In this document: positions 1 through 8,586 of the stretch, piece by piece | How positions within the stretch are numbered: position 1 is the first letter of the stretch | Layout: each line of letters starts with the position of its first letter | IMG/VR virus record: IMGVR_UViG_3300033142_001600 | Coordinates: 715 to 64,714 of that record | DNA length: 64,000 nt | Strand: one strand, 5' to 3' | From: a virus | Lineage: Duplodnaviria; Caudoviricetes | Translations under genes and position numbers: made by a program | Notes under the pieces: generated by a model | Databases searched by the model: none | Seen by the model: the letters and a program-made list of their open reading frames with translations, nothing else | Told to the model about the DNA's origin: nothing

Positions 1-15
1 GGCATAGGTATTGCA
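1..15 (+). promoter_or_regulatory. sigma54-type -24/-12 promoter motif (5' T outside window)
   Basis: GGCATAGGTATTGCA = GG-N10-GC, upstream of ORF 58. Confidence 0.7.
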
Positions 16-57
16 TATTATTAAATGTAAACGTGTATACACCAAGTAGGGGGTTTT

Positions 58-501
58 ATGATAATATATAAAGTAACAAATAAAATAGACAAAAAAAGTT
101 ATATAGGACGAACGAAGTCGTCTCTTGATGAACGAAAAAAACAACATATAAGAGCTTCTAAAAAAGAAACTAATAATGTTTTTCATAAAGTTTTAAAGGA
201 GCTTGGTGAAGAAGCTTTTACTTGGGAGGTTATACATACATGTGGTATAAAAGAATCTAAAAGTTTAGAAATTTATTATATTGGTTGCTTTGATTCATAT
301 AATAATGGTTATAATTCTATTATTATAAGTAATACTAACAAAAAAACAAATTTAGGTAAGCCTCGTTGTTGTAGATTGCTTTTAGAACAAGATGACACCC
401 TGGTTGCTCTTGCTGGTGCAGCTAGCATTAGTCCTGGTATGTTCATACATATAGAAATGACAAAGGTTTTAAAGAAAATGCAATCCTTAATCGTGGCATA
501 A
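58..501 (+). CDS. GIY-YIG family endonuclease-like protein
   Basis: N-terminal IIYKVTN..KSYIGRT..R..QH and E..YI..FDS..NGYN motifs. Confidence 0.8.
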   Translation: MIIYKVTNKIDKKSYIGRTKSSLDERKKQHIRASKKETNNVFHKVLKELGEEAFTWEVIHTCGIKESKSLEIYYIGCFDSYNNGYNSIIISNTNKKTNLGKPRCCRLLLEQDDTLVALAGAASISPGMFIHIEMTKVLKKMQSLIVA

Positions 502-509
502 TAGTTGCA
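494..509 (+). promoter_or_regulatory. sigma54-type promoter motif
   Basis: TGGCATAATAGTTGCA overlapping the stop of ORF 58, upstream of ORF 550 with AGGAG RBS. Confidence 0.75.
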
Positions 510-549
510 TATATTTTTATAGCGGGCAAAAAATTTAAGGAGATTAAAA

Positions 550-768
550 ATGAAAATAGAAGAAAAGAAAATAAAAGGTAGTACTGATGTTATGTTGGAT
601 ATTATATTTGAAGAGAAAGACGCTGATCTGTATAGTGATTTTTCTAAAATGGCAGAAATAAAAAATATAACAGCACAGGAGTTAATGGAGGAAATTCTTA
701 CTATGGATAATTTTTTAGAAGGTTGTTCTGATAAAGAAAAAAAATCAATAAAAAGTATAGTTATTTAG
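550..768 (+). CDS. hypothetical protein
   Basis: ORF with AAGGAG RBS. Confidence 0.7.
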   Translation: MKIEEKKIKGSTDVMLDIIFEEKDADLYSDFSKMAEIKNITAQELMEEILTMDNFLEGCSDKEKKSIKSIVI

Positions 769-890
769 TTTGTTAAATTTTTATTTTAGAAAGGAGCAAG
801 CTTAGGACAGGAATGGTATTCCCTAAGTGTACGCTTCATCATGCGGTTCTTGCTCATTAATATTGTTTTTGGCCGAAAAAAATTTCTTGA

Positions 891-1106
891 CTAGATCTCA
901 AGCCATACTTTATAAGCTTTGTCAAGATTTTGTCCAATGTAAATAATTTTGAATAGTTGGGTATTCTTTTCATCACGTAATGTAACTTTATACTGCTCGG
1001 ATAAATTACACCAAAACTTTTTTTGTTTTTCAGTTGCAAAAAGTATCCAACTTTTTCGTTTCCATACATCTAATGTCTTTAAAAAAGATTTATCTTCTTG
1101 TGTCAT
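891..1106 (-). CDS. hypothetical protein
   Basis: GAGGAG RBS upstream on minus strand. Confidence 0.6.
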   Translation of the reverse strand: MTQEDKSFLKTLDVWKRKSWILFATEKQKKFWCNLSEQYKVTLRDEKNTQLFKIIYIGQNLDKAYKVWLEI

Positions 1107-1120
1107 GTTATACTCCTCTA

Positions 1121-1333
1121 TTATGTGTTTATTAGTCTAACTAAATAACCCATACGATGATTATATTTTTGTCCAACAAGTGCTGTATCCATCCAGATGA
1201 TCATTTTTTTATCTCCTTTTTTATATTTACCATTCATCCAGCTGGAAATAAAAAATAAATTTTTAGAAGATGAAATATTTTCTGTTATATCCATACCGCC
1301 TTCAGTAGCTTCAAAAAATATAAAATTTTTCAT
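1121..1333 (-). CDS. hypothetical protein
   Basis: AAGGA RBS; co-oriented with neighbours. Confidence 0.6.
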   Translation of the reverse strand: MKNFIFFEATEGGMDITENISSSKNLFFISSWMNGKYKKGDKKMIIWMDTALVGQKYNHRMGYLVRLINT

Positions 1334-1356
1334 TTTTTTATTCCTTTTGCAAAAAA

Positions 1357-1574
1357 TAAATTAGTGTGGCTCATGTTTTAACTGAGACGGTATTAATAGT
1401 TAAATGGGACCATATAACAGCTTTGGCATAACGCCCCAGGCCAGGGTTTTGCATTTTAATTTTGCCGTGTTGTTAAAAGTTGCGCAGCTTTATTAGGCTG
1501 GGATAGGCTAATTATGTAACGCACTTGGTCATTGTAAACACATTATTCTCCCGCTGTGTTCCCACACTAATTTA
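1357..1574 (-). ncRNA. putative multi-stem small RNA
   Basis: 13-bp perfect terminal inverted repeat (TAAATTAGTGTGG/CCACACTAATTTA) enclosing four internal hairpins; no ORF in the track. Confidence 0.45.
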
Positions 1575-1581
1575 AATTATG

Positions 1582-2067
1582 TTATATTATTATAAAGGTA
1601 AATTTATATCCTGCATTTATGTAATCCTTTGGTTTCTTGAAAAGATGTTCTTCTGTATCATATATATAGACTGTATTTTTTTTTATTAATAAGGCAACTA
1701 CCTTTTTACTATCTAAGATAGTTATCCCAAGCATCGCTGCTCCACCATTAAAAATATTTTCGTGTGATAAAATGTAAACAGTGTTGGCTTTTATAAAAAA
1801 GGTAAGATCATTTTTATTGAAAACACTATTTTTAATAGGCTGAACATAGTCATCTGCTTCTATAAGTAGATTGACTAGCACATTTCCATAATCAGCATAC
1901 ATTTTTGCAAGGGTTATTACTTTATGCTGTCCGACTGTTTTTGTCTGTTGTTCTATCAAGTTTTTTACCTGGTTTTCTGTCAATAGTGGTGATGGTTTGG
2001 CGAAAGAAAAATTGACAAATAAAAAAAAGATTAACAAGATAATTATGTACATCAGACTTTGTTTCAT
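1582..2067 (-). CDS. secreted/periplasmic hypothetical protein
   Basis: N-terminal signal peptide ending SFA; AGGAG RBS. Confidence 0.7.
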   Translation of the reverse strand: MKQSLMYIIILLIFFLFVNFSFAKPSPLLTENQVKNLIEQQTKTVGQHKVITLAKMYADYGNVLVNLLIEADDYVQPIKNSVFNKNDLTFFIKANTVYILSHENIFNGGAAMLGITILDSKKVVALLIKKNTVYIYDTEEHLFKKPKDYINAGYKFTFIII

Positions 2068-2105
2068 GCCTATTACTCCTAAAATTTTTTGGGCAATTAA
2101 GAGGA

Positions 2106-2312
2106 AATATTATATAGTGAGTAGGTAATGAGCCTACATGGTCTCTAGTGATAACAAATAAGGTTATACTACATTAATGGAAGGAGGATGCAAATGAAAC
2201 AAGGCATGTAGTTGTACTCGTATTTGTTTTAACTAGATATAACTGGAAAGTAAAAATGAAGGGATTTGATAAGTATGTTCATTAGTCCCACCATACTTCA
2301 CTATATAATATT
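2106..2312 (-). ncRNA. putative structured small RNA with anti-RBS segments
   Basis: 15-bp perfect terminal inverted repeat; internal stems AAGTATG/CATACTT, TCTAGT/ACTAGA, AACAAATA/TATTTGTT, ACTACAT/ATGTAGT, GTAGG/CCTAC. Confidence 0.55.
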
Positions 2313-2313
2313 G

Positions 2314-2529
2314 TTAAATCATTTTAGTTGATAAGTACCGTAAAGTGTCAGAAAACAGGTTATTTAATTCTTTTGCGAATGTTCGCATATTACCTGACCA
2401 CTCATATGTTTGTGCTAAGGTTGTATAGCTTGCTCCATTTTGTAGTATGCTTTTGCATTGGTTGAATTTAGTCCCTAACTCTTCAAAACGACAGATTAAT
2501 TTATGTTGTTCTGTTTGTAATATGTTCAT
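2314..2529 (-). CDS. hypothetical protein
   Basis: ORF directly following upstream gene. Confidence 0.6.
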   Translation of the reverse strand: MNILQTEQHKLICRFEELGTKFNQCKSILQNGASYTTLAQTYEWSGNMRTFAKELNNLFSDTLRYLSTKMI

Positions 2530-2531
2530 TT

Positions 2532-2921
2532 TTATTTTACTGGTGCAGTAGGTAATAGACCTACAATATCTTTAAATGCAAAATATTCCGGGTTGAAAAT
2601 GTCAAAAAAGTCAGCACAAAATATAAAACCGGCAAGTAAAGTTAGAAACATTAGTATACCGTTTGCCCAAACCCAGCCAACTTCGTGGCCTCGATGATAA
2701 ATGGAATAAGCATATACTTTTTCTTTTTCTTGTTTTTCTCCATCTATTGACAAGAATATAATACTTACAGTGATAGCAGTTAGAAAAATGCCAAGAGATA
2801 CAAAAGCATCAACAAACTGTTGTTTTATAAACCAAGGTCAAATTTGCTGAACTCCAATGTTTAACTTGAGTGCTATCTTATCTAGGTAGTCCAATACCAT
2901 TTGTAGTTTTTCTTCATTCAT
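2532..2921 (-). pseudogene. membrane protein with in-frame TGA at codon 28
   Basis: GGAG RBS + ATG at 2921; MNEEKLQMVLDYLDKIALKLNIGVQQI*PWFIKQQ continues in frame into ORF 2532..2753; TGA at 2838-2840. Confidence 0.6.
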
Positions 2922-3013
2922 TTTAATTCTCCAATAATTAAAGAAATTTCCGTTCTAGTAAGTTTTGTTATACAAGTTTATGTTTTTTTTATTTGATTTT
3001 TATTTTTTTTTGG

Positions 3014-3061
3014 TTGTAAAAAAAAGAATAATATGATTTCATTATAGGACTGTACTATTCT
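3014..3061 (-). terminator. intrinsic terminator (paralog of 3523-3567)
   Basis: imperfect AGAATAG...TTATTCT hairpin followed by T-tract, immediately after ORF 3063. Confidence 0.55.
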
Positions 3062-3062
3062 G

Positions 3063-3452
3063 TCAATAGCAGTATTCTATTATTTGCTCTGTACGTTTTT
3101 GGCAGTTTTTACAAAATAGTATATTGTAAAATTCAAGATGCCATTCATCATTGTTATCCCAGGAATATTTTTCTAATAATTTACCACATTTTGGGCATAT
3201 ATTATGCTTTATGCAAAGTTTAAAATTGGTTGTGAGTTTTTCTATATGTTTGGCTTTTTTGTTAGGATCTGTAATGTTATTATCGATAGGTAATTTGAAT
3301 ACAGGAAGATTAGACACTTTATAAAGTTTTTCATTTTCTTTGCGGACACCTTTATTGTACTTTTCAATTTTTTTGTTTTTTCTGATATAAAATAAAAATA
3401 TAGATATTATAATACTTATTATGAATAAAATTGTTCCATTTGTTATTTCCAT
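3063..3452 (-). CDS. membrane-anchored protein with C-terminal Zn-ribbon
   Basis: N-terminal TM helix; CPKC...CKNC. Confidence 0.7.
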   Translation of the reverse strand: MEITNGTILFIISIIISIFLFYIRKNKKIEKYNKGVRKENEKLYKVSNLPVFKLPIDNNITDPNKKAKHIEKLTTNFKLCIKHNICPKCGKLLEKYSWDNNDEWHLEFYNILFCKNCQKRTEQIIEYCY

Positions 3453-3522
3453 TATTTTTATGTTCCTCTATATCTTTGTAGTTGAAAAACTGTATTAGTC
3501 TGATTTTTATTTTTTTGGCTGT

Positions 3523-3567
3523 AAAAAAAAGAATAACATGACCTCATTGCGAAGCCATGCTATTCTA
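3523..3567 (-). terminator. intrinsic terminator after ssb
   Basis: AGAATAGCATGGC-loop-GTCATGTTATTCT followed by T-tract. Confidence 0.75.
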
Positions 3568-3581
3568 TGAACCAGGGGTGA

Positions 3582-4208
3582 TTATATCAGAGTACCTAAC
3601 TCTTCTGCAATCCCTGCTGATGCTGGTATGTCAGCTGGTGTTTCTGTGGCAGGTTTTTGGTTAATTACACCCAATAAAGCTGCGGCAAGTGCTTCTGCAT
3701 TTGGTACAGCGGTTGCAGGCTGTGGCGTAGGTGTTGGTGCTGGAGCAGGTTGTGGGGTTGCAGCAGCTTGTCCGCTTACTAGTGCGGTTAGTGCTGCTAG
3801 GATTGCATCTGTTCCTGTGGGTACAGTGGTACCGGCTGCAGCTTTCTTGGTCTCATACTTATCACGGACGTTGTCTTCAAATCCAAGAAATTCCATTTGG
3901 GCCACTCTGACCTGAACCTTTGTAGGTTCATATTCTCCATTTTCGTCAGCCGGTTTCTGGAAAGTTTCAAGCGTTCCTTTTATCAGGATTTGACGGCCTT
4001 TCAGTCCCCATTCCTTTAGCAGGCTGGCATGTGGTTCCCATGCAATGCATGGTATGAAATCTGTGGTTTTGACCTTTTCATTATCGCGTTTATAGACGCT
4101 GTTGCATGCAACTGTAAAAAGAGCACGTTTTGCTGTACCGTCATCATTTGAAAAAATAGATGTTACATCCCTGGTAAGTCGTCCTACGATTGTACATGTT
4201 GCTTTCAT
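3582..4208 (-). CDS. ssb: single-stranded DNA-binding protein (paralog 1, long Pro/Ala/Thr tail)
   Basis: IVGRLTRD, FTVACN, TDFIPCIAW, KGRQILIKGTL OB-fold motifs. Confidence 0.9.
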   Translation of the reverse strand: MKATCTIVGRLTRDVTSIFSNDDGTAKRALFTVACNSVYKRDNEKVKTTDFIPCIAWEPHASLLKEWGLKGRQILIKGTLETFQKPADENGEYEPTKVQVRVAQMEFLGFEDNVRDKYETKKAAAGTTVPTGTDAILAALTALVSGQAAATPQPAPAPTPTPQPATAVPNAEALAAALLGVINQKPATETPADIPASAGIAEELGTLI

Positions 4209-4374
4209 AAATTTTCTCCTTGAGTTGAGTCTTTTGTTTGAGGTTATTATTTGCTGGTTTTTGATTACGCGTGATAAAACTGTCAGTGTTGTGATTAGTG
4301 TCTCATTTGTTATTTTCTCCTTTGTATATTGTTTTTTTTTGATTTTAAAAAGAAAAAGAGGTATGGTTTTCTTG

Positions 4375-5175
4375 TTAACGTCTTAATTCAATTGTAGGAT
4401 CGTGTCCTTCAATTTTTGTGAGATAAGTTTCGGTTGGTCTGTTTATTTCAGTTTCAGCCATTCTTTCACTATCTACGTCTACGAAGGTTTTCCAAACGTT
4501 GTCTTCGTGAACGTAAATCATGCCAGCATACTCAATACCTACACGGGTTATATGTCCAAGGGTTTTCTTTACTTCATCTAACATTTTTACATTGGTAGTA
4601 TGCCTTATTGTGGTAATGTGTTCGTTATTGATGATTTCCATGGAACCATACCTTGTAGGTATTATAGTGTTCATTTCCTTCTTTTCGCTTATTTCATTGA
4701 TAAAGTTAAACATTCCTCCACTAGCTAAGGGAATAACTACTTTTTCTTGCAAGTCTTCTGTTTTAGTAGGTGAGATCATATTCTTTTCTCCATATTTGGT
4801 TAGTATTGCTGTTGGCAGGTGTTCTGCTTGTTCTTTTCCATAAGCAGTTGCTAATTCTTCTGTATTAAGTTCTGTTCCGTGATGGGCAGCGTGGTAGCAT
4901 TCTTCGAATAGTACTGCTGCTCCTATTCTTATAGAGTGTTCTTGTGTTGTTTCTTCTTCTGTTTTTGATATATCATATCTTAACAGTATTTCTGGATTAT
5001 TTAATGCTCCGATGTTTAAGCAGATGTCTTTCTTTTCAGGATCATAATAACCTGCTGTTGATTCTTCTGAGGCATTAGCGATAATTACATTTTTCAGTGT
5101 TATTCCAAATTTTCTTGTTTGGTTGATAACTAAAAATTTGGCTAATGGAAATAGTTCTTCTCCAATAAATTTCAT
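4375..5175 (-). CDS. hypothetical protein, possible zincin-like metallopeptidase domain
   Basis: GYY..K..I.LN followed by LFEECYH and EELA, resembling the EExxH variant of IrrE/ImmA-like proteases. Confidence 0.45.
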   Translation of the reverse strand: MKFIGEELFPLAKFLVINQTRKFGITLKNVIIANASEESTAGYYDPEKKDICLNIGALNNPEILLRYDISKTEEETTQEHSIRIGAAVLFEECYHAAHHGTELNTEELATAYGKEQAEHLPTAILTKYGEKNMISPTKTEDLQEKVVIPLASGGMFNFINEISEKKEMNTIIPTRYGSMEIINNEHITTIRHTTNVKMLDEVKKTLGHITRVGIEYAGMIYVHEDNVWKTFVDVDSERMAETEINRPTETYLTKIEGHDPTIELRR

Positions 5176-5224
5176 GGCAACTCCTTTTTTTTAGAATTTA
5201 AAAAGAAAGATGTGGAATAATTAC

Positions 5225-5641
5225 TTAGGGATAAACTATTGCAGCTTCTGAAATTGTATCCTGTATGATTGAGTATACGATGTCCCAATTTCCACCAGCG
5301 TTACCACAACCCATTTTGTATGGAATATAAACAGATAAGTCCTGATGGCTTTTAAGTTTCCAAGTAGATATTTTTTTTAGACAAGATTCTACTGCATCAT
5401 AGTCGGTATGGCGCCTTTCTCTTCCGTATCTATCTTGTGCGAATAAATTAATAACGAATAAGTTATCTTTTATAGGAACTATTTGTATCATTCCTAGTTC
5501 TGCTTTCTGATAGTGTTTATGGTAATATTCGTATACCTTGGGCCATTTGTTTCGGATTGCGAGGGCAACCCCACATCCCATCACACCTTTACAGTTGACC
5601 TGGTGTAGGATTATGCCCTTGGTGATAGTTGTTATATTCAT
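5225..5641 (-). CDS. macrodomain (ADP-ribose hydrolase, TARG1/DarG-like)
   Basis: HQVNCKGVMGCGVALAIR and IPYKMGCGNAGGNW motifs. Confidence 0.9.
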   Translation of the reverse strand: MNITTITKGIILHQVNCKGVMGCGVALAIRNKWPKVYEYYHKHYQKAELGMIQIVPIKDNLFVINLFAQDRYGRERRHTDYDAVESCLKKISTWKLKSHQDLSVYIPYKMGCGNAGGNWDIVYSIIQDTISEAAIVYP

Positions 5642-6054
5642 TAAAGTGTTTCCTTTACTTTAATACCTGCTATTTTTATTACATCGGCAATGATATATCT
5701 ATGGCAGTGTTTAGTATTACAGAAGCATATGATAGCTACATCAGTTCCGTTATATAGTAGGCTGTACAGATATTTCATTGCGGAATATTTTGGTTCTTGT
5801 GATAGCTCTTTTATAAACTTGTCAGTGTACAATTGCCACCAGTTTTCAACTTTACCGTCTTTCCATTCAGACAGGTATTGTTTGAATAGTTGTACACTTG
5901 GAGCTAGTTGTGTATACCAAGTTACACCTGTTATTTTACGTTTAGACCTGGTTATTAATAATCTGGTTTTAACATGATCTGGTAGTAGGCGTAGTCTGCA
6001 TAAGGATATCAAGTATAGAGTCCCTTTCACTTTGTGATTTCTCCTGTAATTCAT
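5641..6054 (-). CDS. DUF488-like protein
   Basis: LAPS..L, W..Y...F..E, ICFC...HCHR motifs. Confidence 0.7.
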   Translation of the reverse strand: MNYRRNHKVKGTLYLISLCRLRLLPDHVKTRLLITRSKRKITGVTWYTQLAPSVQLFKQYLSEWKDGKVENWWQLYTDKFIKELSQEPKYSAMKYLYSLLYNGTDVAIICFCNTKHCHRYIIADVIKIAGIKVKETL

Positions 6055-6184
6055 ATATTAGGGTTAATAACCAAGCAATGGTAACCTCATCGTCAGTCGG
6101 TTCTAACGAACTGTGATAATAAGCCATTCTTTTGTTTAAGTCCTTGGTTATTTTCTCTAGTCGTGCTTTATCTCTTTCAGTCAT
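5969..6184 (-). CDS. hypothetical protein (tandem paralog of 6181..6420)
   Basis: MTERDK..L.KI...L....YH.S.EPT..EV.IAWLLT.I.ELQE shared. Confidence 0.7.
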   Translation of the reverse strand: MTERDKARLEKITKDLNKRMAYYHSSLEPTDDEVTIAWLLTLIYELQEKSQSERDSILDILMQTTPTTRSC

Positions 6185-6420
6185 GATATATTCTCTTTGG
6201 CAGGTTTATCAACTCGGTGAAGAACGTTGTTTTGATACCACGGTTTATGTTCGTCTATAAATTTAATGATGGGTATAGGTTCTTCTTGTAACTCGTTAAT
6301 AATTGTTAGCAACCAAGCAATAATAACTTCGTTATTGGTTGGTTCCGTTGAGTTGTGATAATCAGATCTTCTTAGGTTATCAGATATTTTTTTTAGTTTT
6401 ATTTTGTCTTTTTCAGTCAT
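6181..6420 (-). CDS. hypothetical protein (tandem paralog of 5969..6184)
   Basis: same N-terminal ~48 aa pattern; ATGA overlap. Confidence 0.7.
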   Translation of the reverse strand: MTEKDKIKLKKISDNLRRSDYHNSTEPTNNEVIIAWLLTIINELQEEPIPIIKFIDEHKPWYQNNVLHRVDKPAKENIS

Positions 6421-6842
6421 TTTTCTGCTCCTAATGTGCTTCTGATAAGCATTAATGTGTGTCCAAGAATGTTCTGTCCTCTGCCTTTATACATTCCCCA
6501 ATATCTATCTCCCCAAGTATTTCCTTCTATTAATTGGTGAGGTGCTGTTTTTAATAGTTTTTCTCGTAATTCAAGATGTGTTGTGAATTTTTCCAGTAAG
6601 CCTTCTACCATGAAATTAATTTTCACAAGTTCCCAATCCTTTCTTAAAAGTATTCTCCTGCCCAACCGTTTAGCACTTCCAGGGCTGTGTGCTTTAGCTA
6701 TTTCCTTTCTTTGTGTAATGCTAGTTGTTTTCATAGCTTGAAAATAGTGTTCAACGGTTGGGTAGATTATTCCTCCCATAGTTATTGCAGATGGGTAGAA
6801 ATTGCTTAAGAATCTATATTTACCTCTAAATGAGTCAATCAT
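6417..6842 (-). CDS. NADAR (YbiA-like) family protein
   Basis: FLSNFY, YPTVEHYFQAMK, AKRLGR, KF, EGNTWGDRYWG, GQNILG motifs. Confidence 0.93.
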   Translation of the reverse strand: MIDSFRGKYRFLSNFYPSAITMGGIIYPTVEHYFQAMKTTSITQRKEIAKAHSPGSAKRLGRRILLRKDWELVKINFMVEGLLEKFTTHLELREKLLKTAPHQLIEGNTWGDRYWGMYKGRGQNILGHTLMLIRSTLGAEK

Positions 6843-7087
6843 TATACACCTACTTTTATTATTTTACCTTCAGCGAGGTTTTCTCTGGCAAGGTTTATAA
6901 TATTGGCCATTGTTTTACTTTTTTCCATTCTTTGCATAGTTGCTCGTCTTCTCTTCTTTATTGCAGCTTTTTTTTGTTCGATACCGCTTCTCTGATCCTG
7001 TTGTTGGTAGTAAACCAGTACATTCTTTGGTGTGTTTACTTTCAGATTGAAGTTGGGGTCATAGACTTGGTTGATTGCAAATTTCAT
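6842..7087 (-). CDS. hypothetical basic protein
   Basis: GGAGG RBS, abuts NADAR gene. Confidence 0.65.
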   Translation of the reverse strand: MKFAINQVYDPNFNLKVNTPKNVLVYYQQQDQRSGIEQKKAAIKKRRRATMQRMEKSKTMANIINLARENLAEGKIIKVGV

Positions 7088-7273
7088 TGTTTGTTTCCTC
7101 CATTATAGGTTAGTAGTTAATTTTTTTTGAATTTTAAAAAGAAAAAAAGGAAAGTTTTGTCGATTAGTAAAATACTGTAATAATTAATGAATTACTTGCT
7201 TAGTGAAAGATGGTTAAGCTAGAATCAAAAGTTTATGGTTAAAACTTTACCGTCTTCCACTACTTCCCGGAAC

Positions 7274-7582
7274 TTATTTTTGATACCATACTCTATTTTC
7301 TACCCTACCTATCCATTTTTCTTTGTTAGTCTTTCGGTTATAACCAATAACCCACATTATACTTGCTCCATTAGAAGCACGTTTTCCGTATTCACTGGGT
7401 TTATGTGGGTTTTGTTCCAGAAAGGTTAAACGGAATGGGTCTATTGCGTTTGATGTAATCTTCTTTAGTACACCAACTTTTACATAAGTTAAGTCATCCC
7501 TTGCTTCTAATGGTTTGTTGCCAAACATTTTGTCATAATACCCAATAAATAGATTTGTTAATTGTTGACTGATTGCTTTCAT
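7274..7582 (-). CDS. hypothetical protein
   Basis: ORF with AAGGA RBS. Confidence 0.65.
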   Translation of the reverse strand: MKAISQQLTNLFIGYYDKMFGNKPLEARDDLTYVKVGVLKKITSNAIDPFRLTFLEQNPHKPSEYGKRASNGASIMWVIGYNRKTNKEKWIGRVENRVWYQK

Positions 7583-7603
7583 GTTGTTGTTTTTCCTTAT
7601 GTT

Positions 7604-7786
7604 TTATAATAGACTGTTTGGAACGCCAAGCGTCATAGTATCGCTCTTTAGAACCAACTGTTCATAAGTTTTAAGTTCTTTTTCTGCTTTCTTTAATTTT
7701 TCAGGATTATTTTCCATTTTTGCTTTTCCTACCGCATGTGCTTTTTTCATCAAGTAGTTGAAGTTGGTTATTACTTTGACTGACAT
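7604..7786 (-). CDS. hypothetical protein
   Basis: AGGAG RBS. Confidence 0.65.
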   Translation of the reverse strand: MSVKVITNFNYLMKKAHAVGKAKMENNPEKLKKAEKELKTYEQLVLKSDTMTLGVPNSLL

Positions 7787-8012
7787 GTTGTTATTCTCCT
7801 TTTTGTAATAATTAGTTTTTAGAATTTAAAAAGAAAGATTAAGATAATCTTCTGTTTTTTTTTCTAGTCTTATTAATAAAAGAATTACAATAGTTTTAAG
7901 CTTTGAGTTGAGGCTTAGCTATCTATAATAGATTGAGGTTTGGCGCGAATATTGCGGTGAGCGAAGCGAAGCGAGCGAGTGCGATATTCGTGACAAACCT
8001 CAACACCTTGTT

Positions 8013-8053
8013 AAAAAAAAACAATAGAACGCCATATAGACGCTCTATTGTTT
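8013..8053 (-). terminator. intrinsic terminator after ssb paralog 2
   Basis: AAACAATAGAGCG...CGTTCTATTGTTT followed by T-tract. Confidence 0.75.
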
Positions 8054-8061
8054 CTGTGTAC

Positions 8062-8586
8062 TTAGAAGGGTACATCTTCGTTGGCAGTCATTTCAGTTTG
8101 AGCTGGCTGAGCTGGTTGTGTTTGTCCAAGCAACTGTGTTATTACTTTCAATACATCTTGTTGTGTTGCACCACCTGGAAAGAGCTTTTCCAATTGTTGT
8201 GCTGGGGTTGCTGTGGCTGCTTTCTGAGCATTTAGTTTGGCCTTGACGTTGTCTTCTAATGCACAGAATTCAATCTTTTCTGCTCGAACTTGTACTTTGG
8301 TTGGAGGATATTCACCGTTCTCATTAGCCGGGGGCTGATAAGCCTCCAATGTACCAACAATGTGGACTTTTCTGCCTTTCAATCCCCACTTTTGGAGCAT
8401 GTCAACCAGGCTATTCCAAGCAATGCAAGGGATGAAGTCTACTGTCTTGATCTTTTCGTCATTTTTGACGTATGAGTTATTACATGCAACAGTAAATAGA
8501 CATCTCTTATGAGTTCCGTCATCATTTGCAAAAGTTGCAGTGACATCAGCCGTGAGGTTTCCTACCATAGTTACTTGAGGTTTCAT
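8062..8586 (-). CDS. ssb: single-stranded DNA-binding protein (paralog 2)
   Basis: VGNLTAD, FTVACN, DFIPCIAW; acidic EDVPF C-terminus. Confidence 0.92.
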   Translation of the reverse strand: MKPQVTMVGNLTADVTATFANDDGTHKRCLFTVACNNSYVKNDEKIKTVDFIPCIAWNSLVDMLQKWGLKGRKVHIVGTLEAYQPPANENGEYPPTKVQVRAEKIEFCALEDNVKAKLNAQKAATATPAQQLEKLFPGGATQQDVLKVITQLLGQTQPAQPAQTEMTANEDVPF

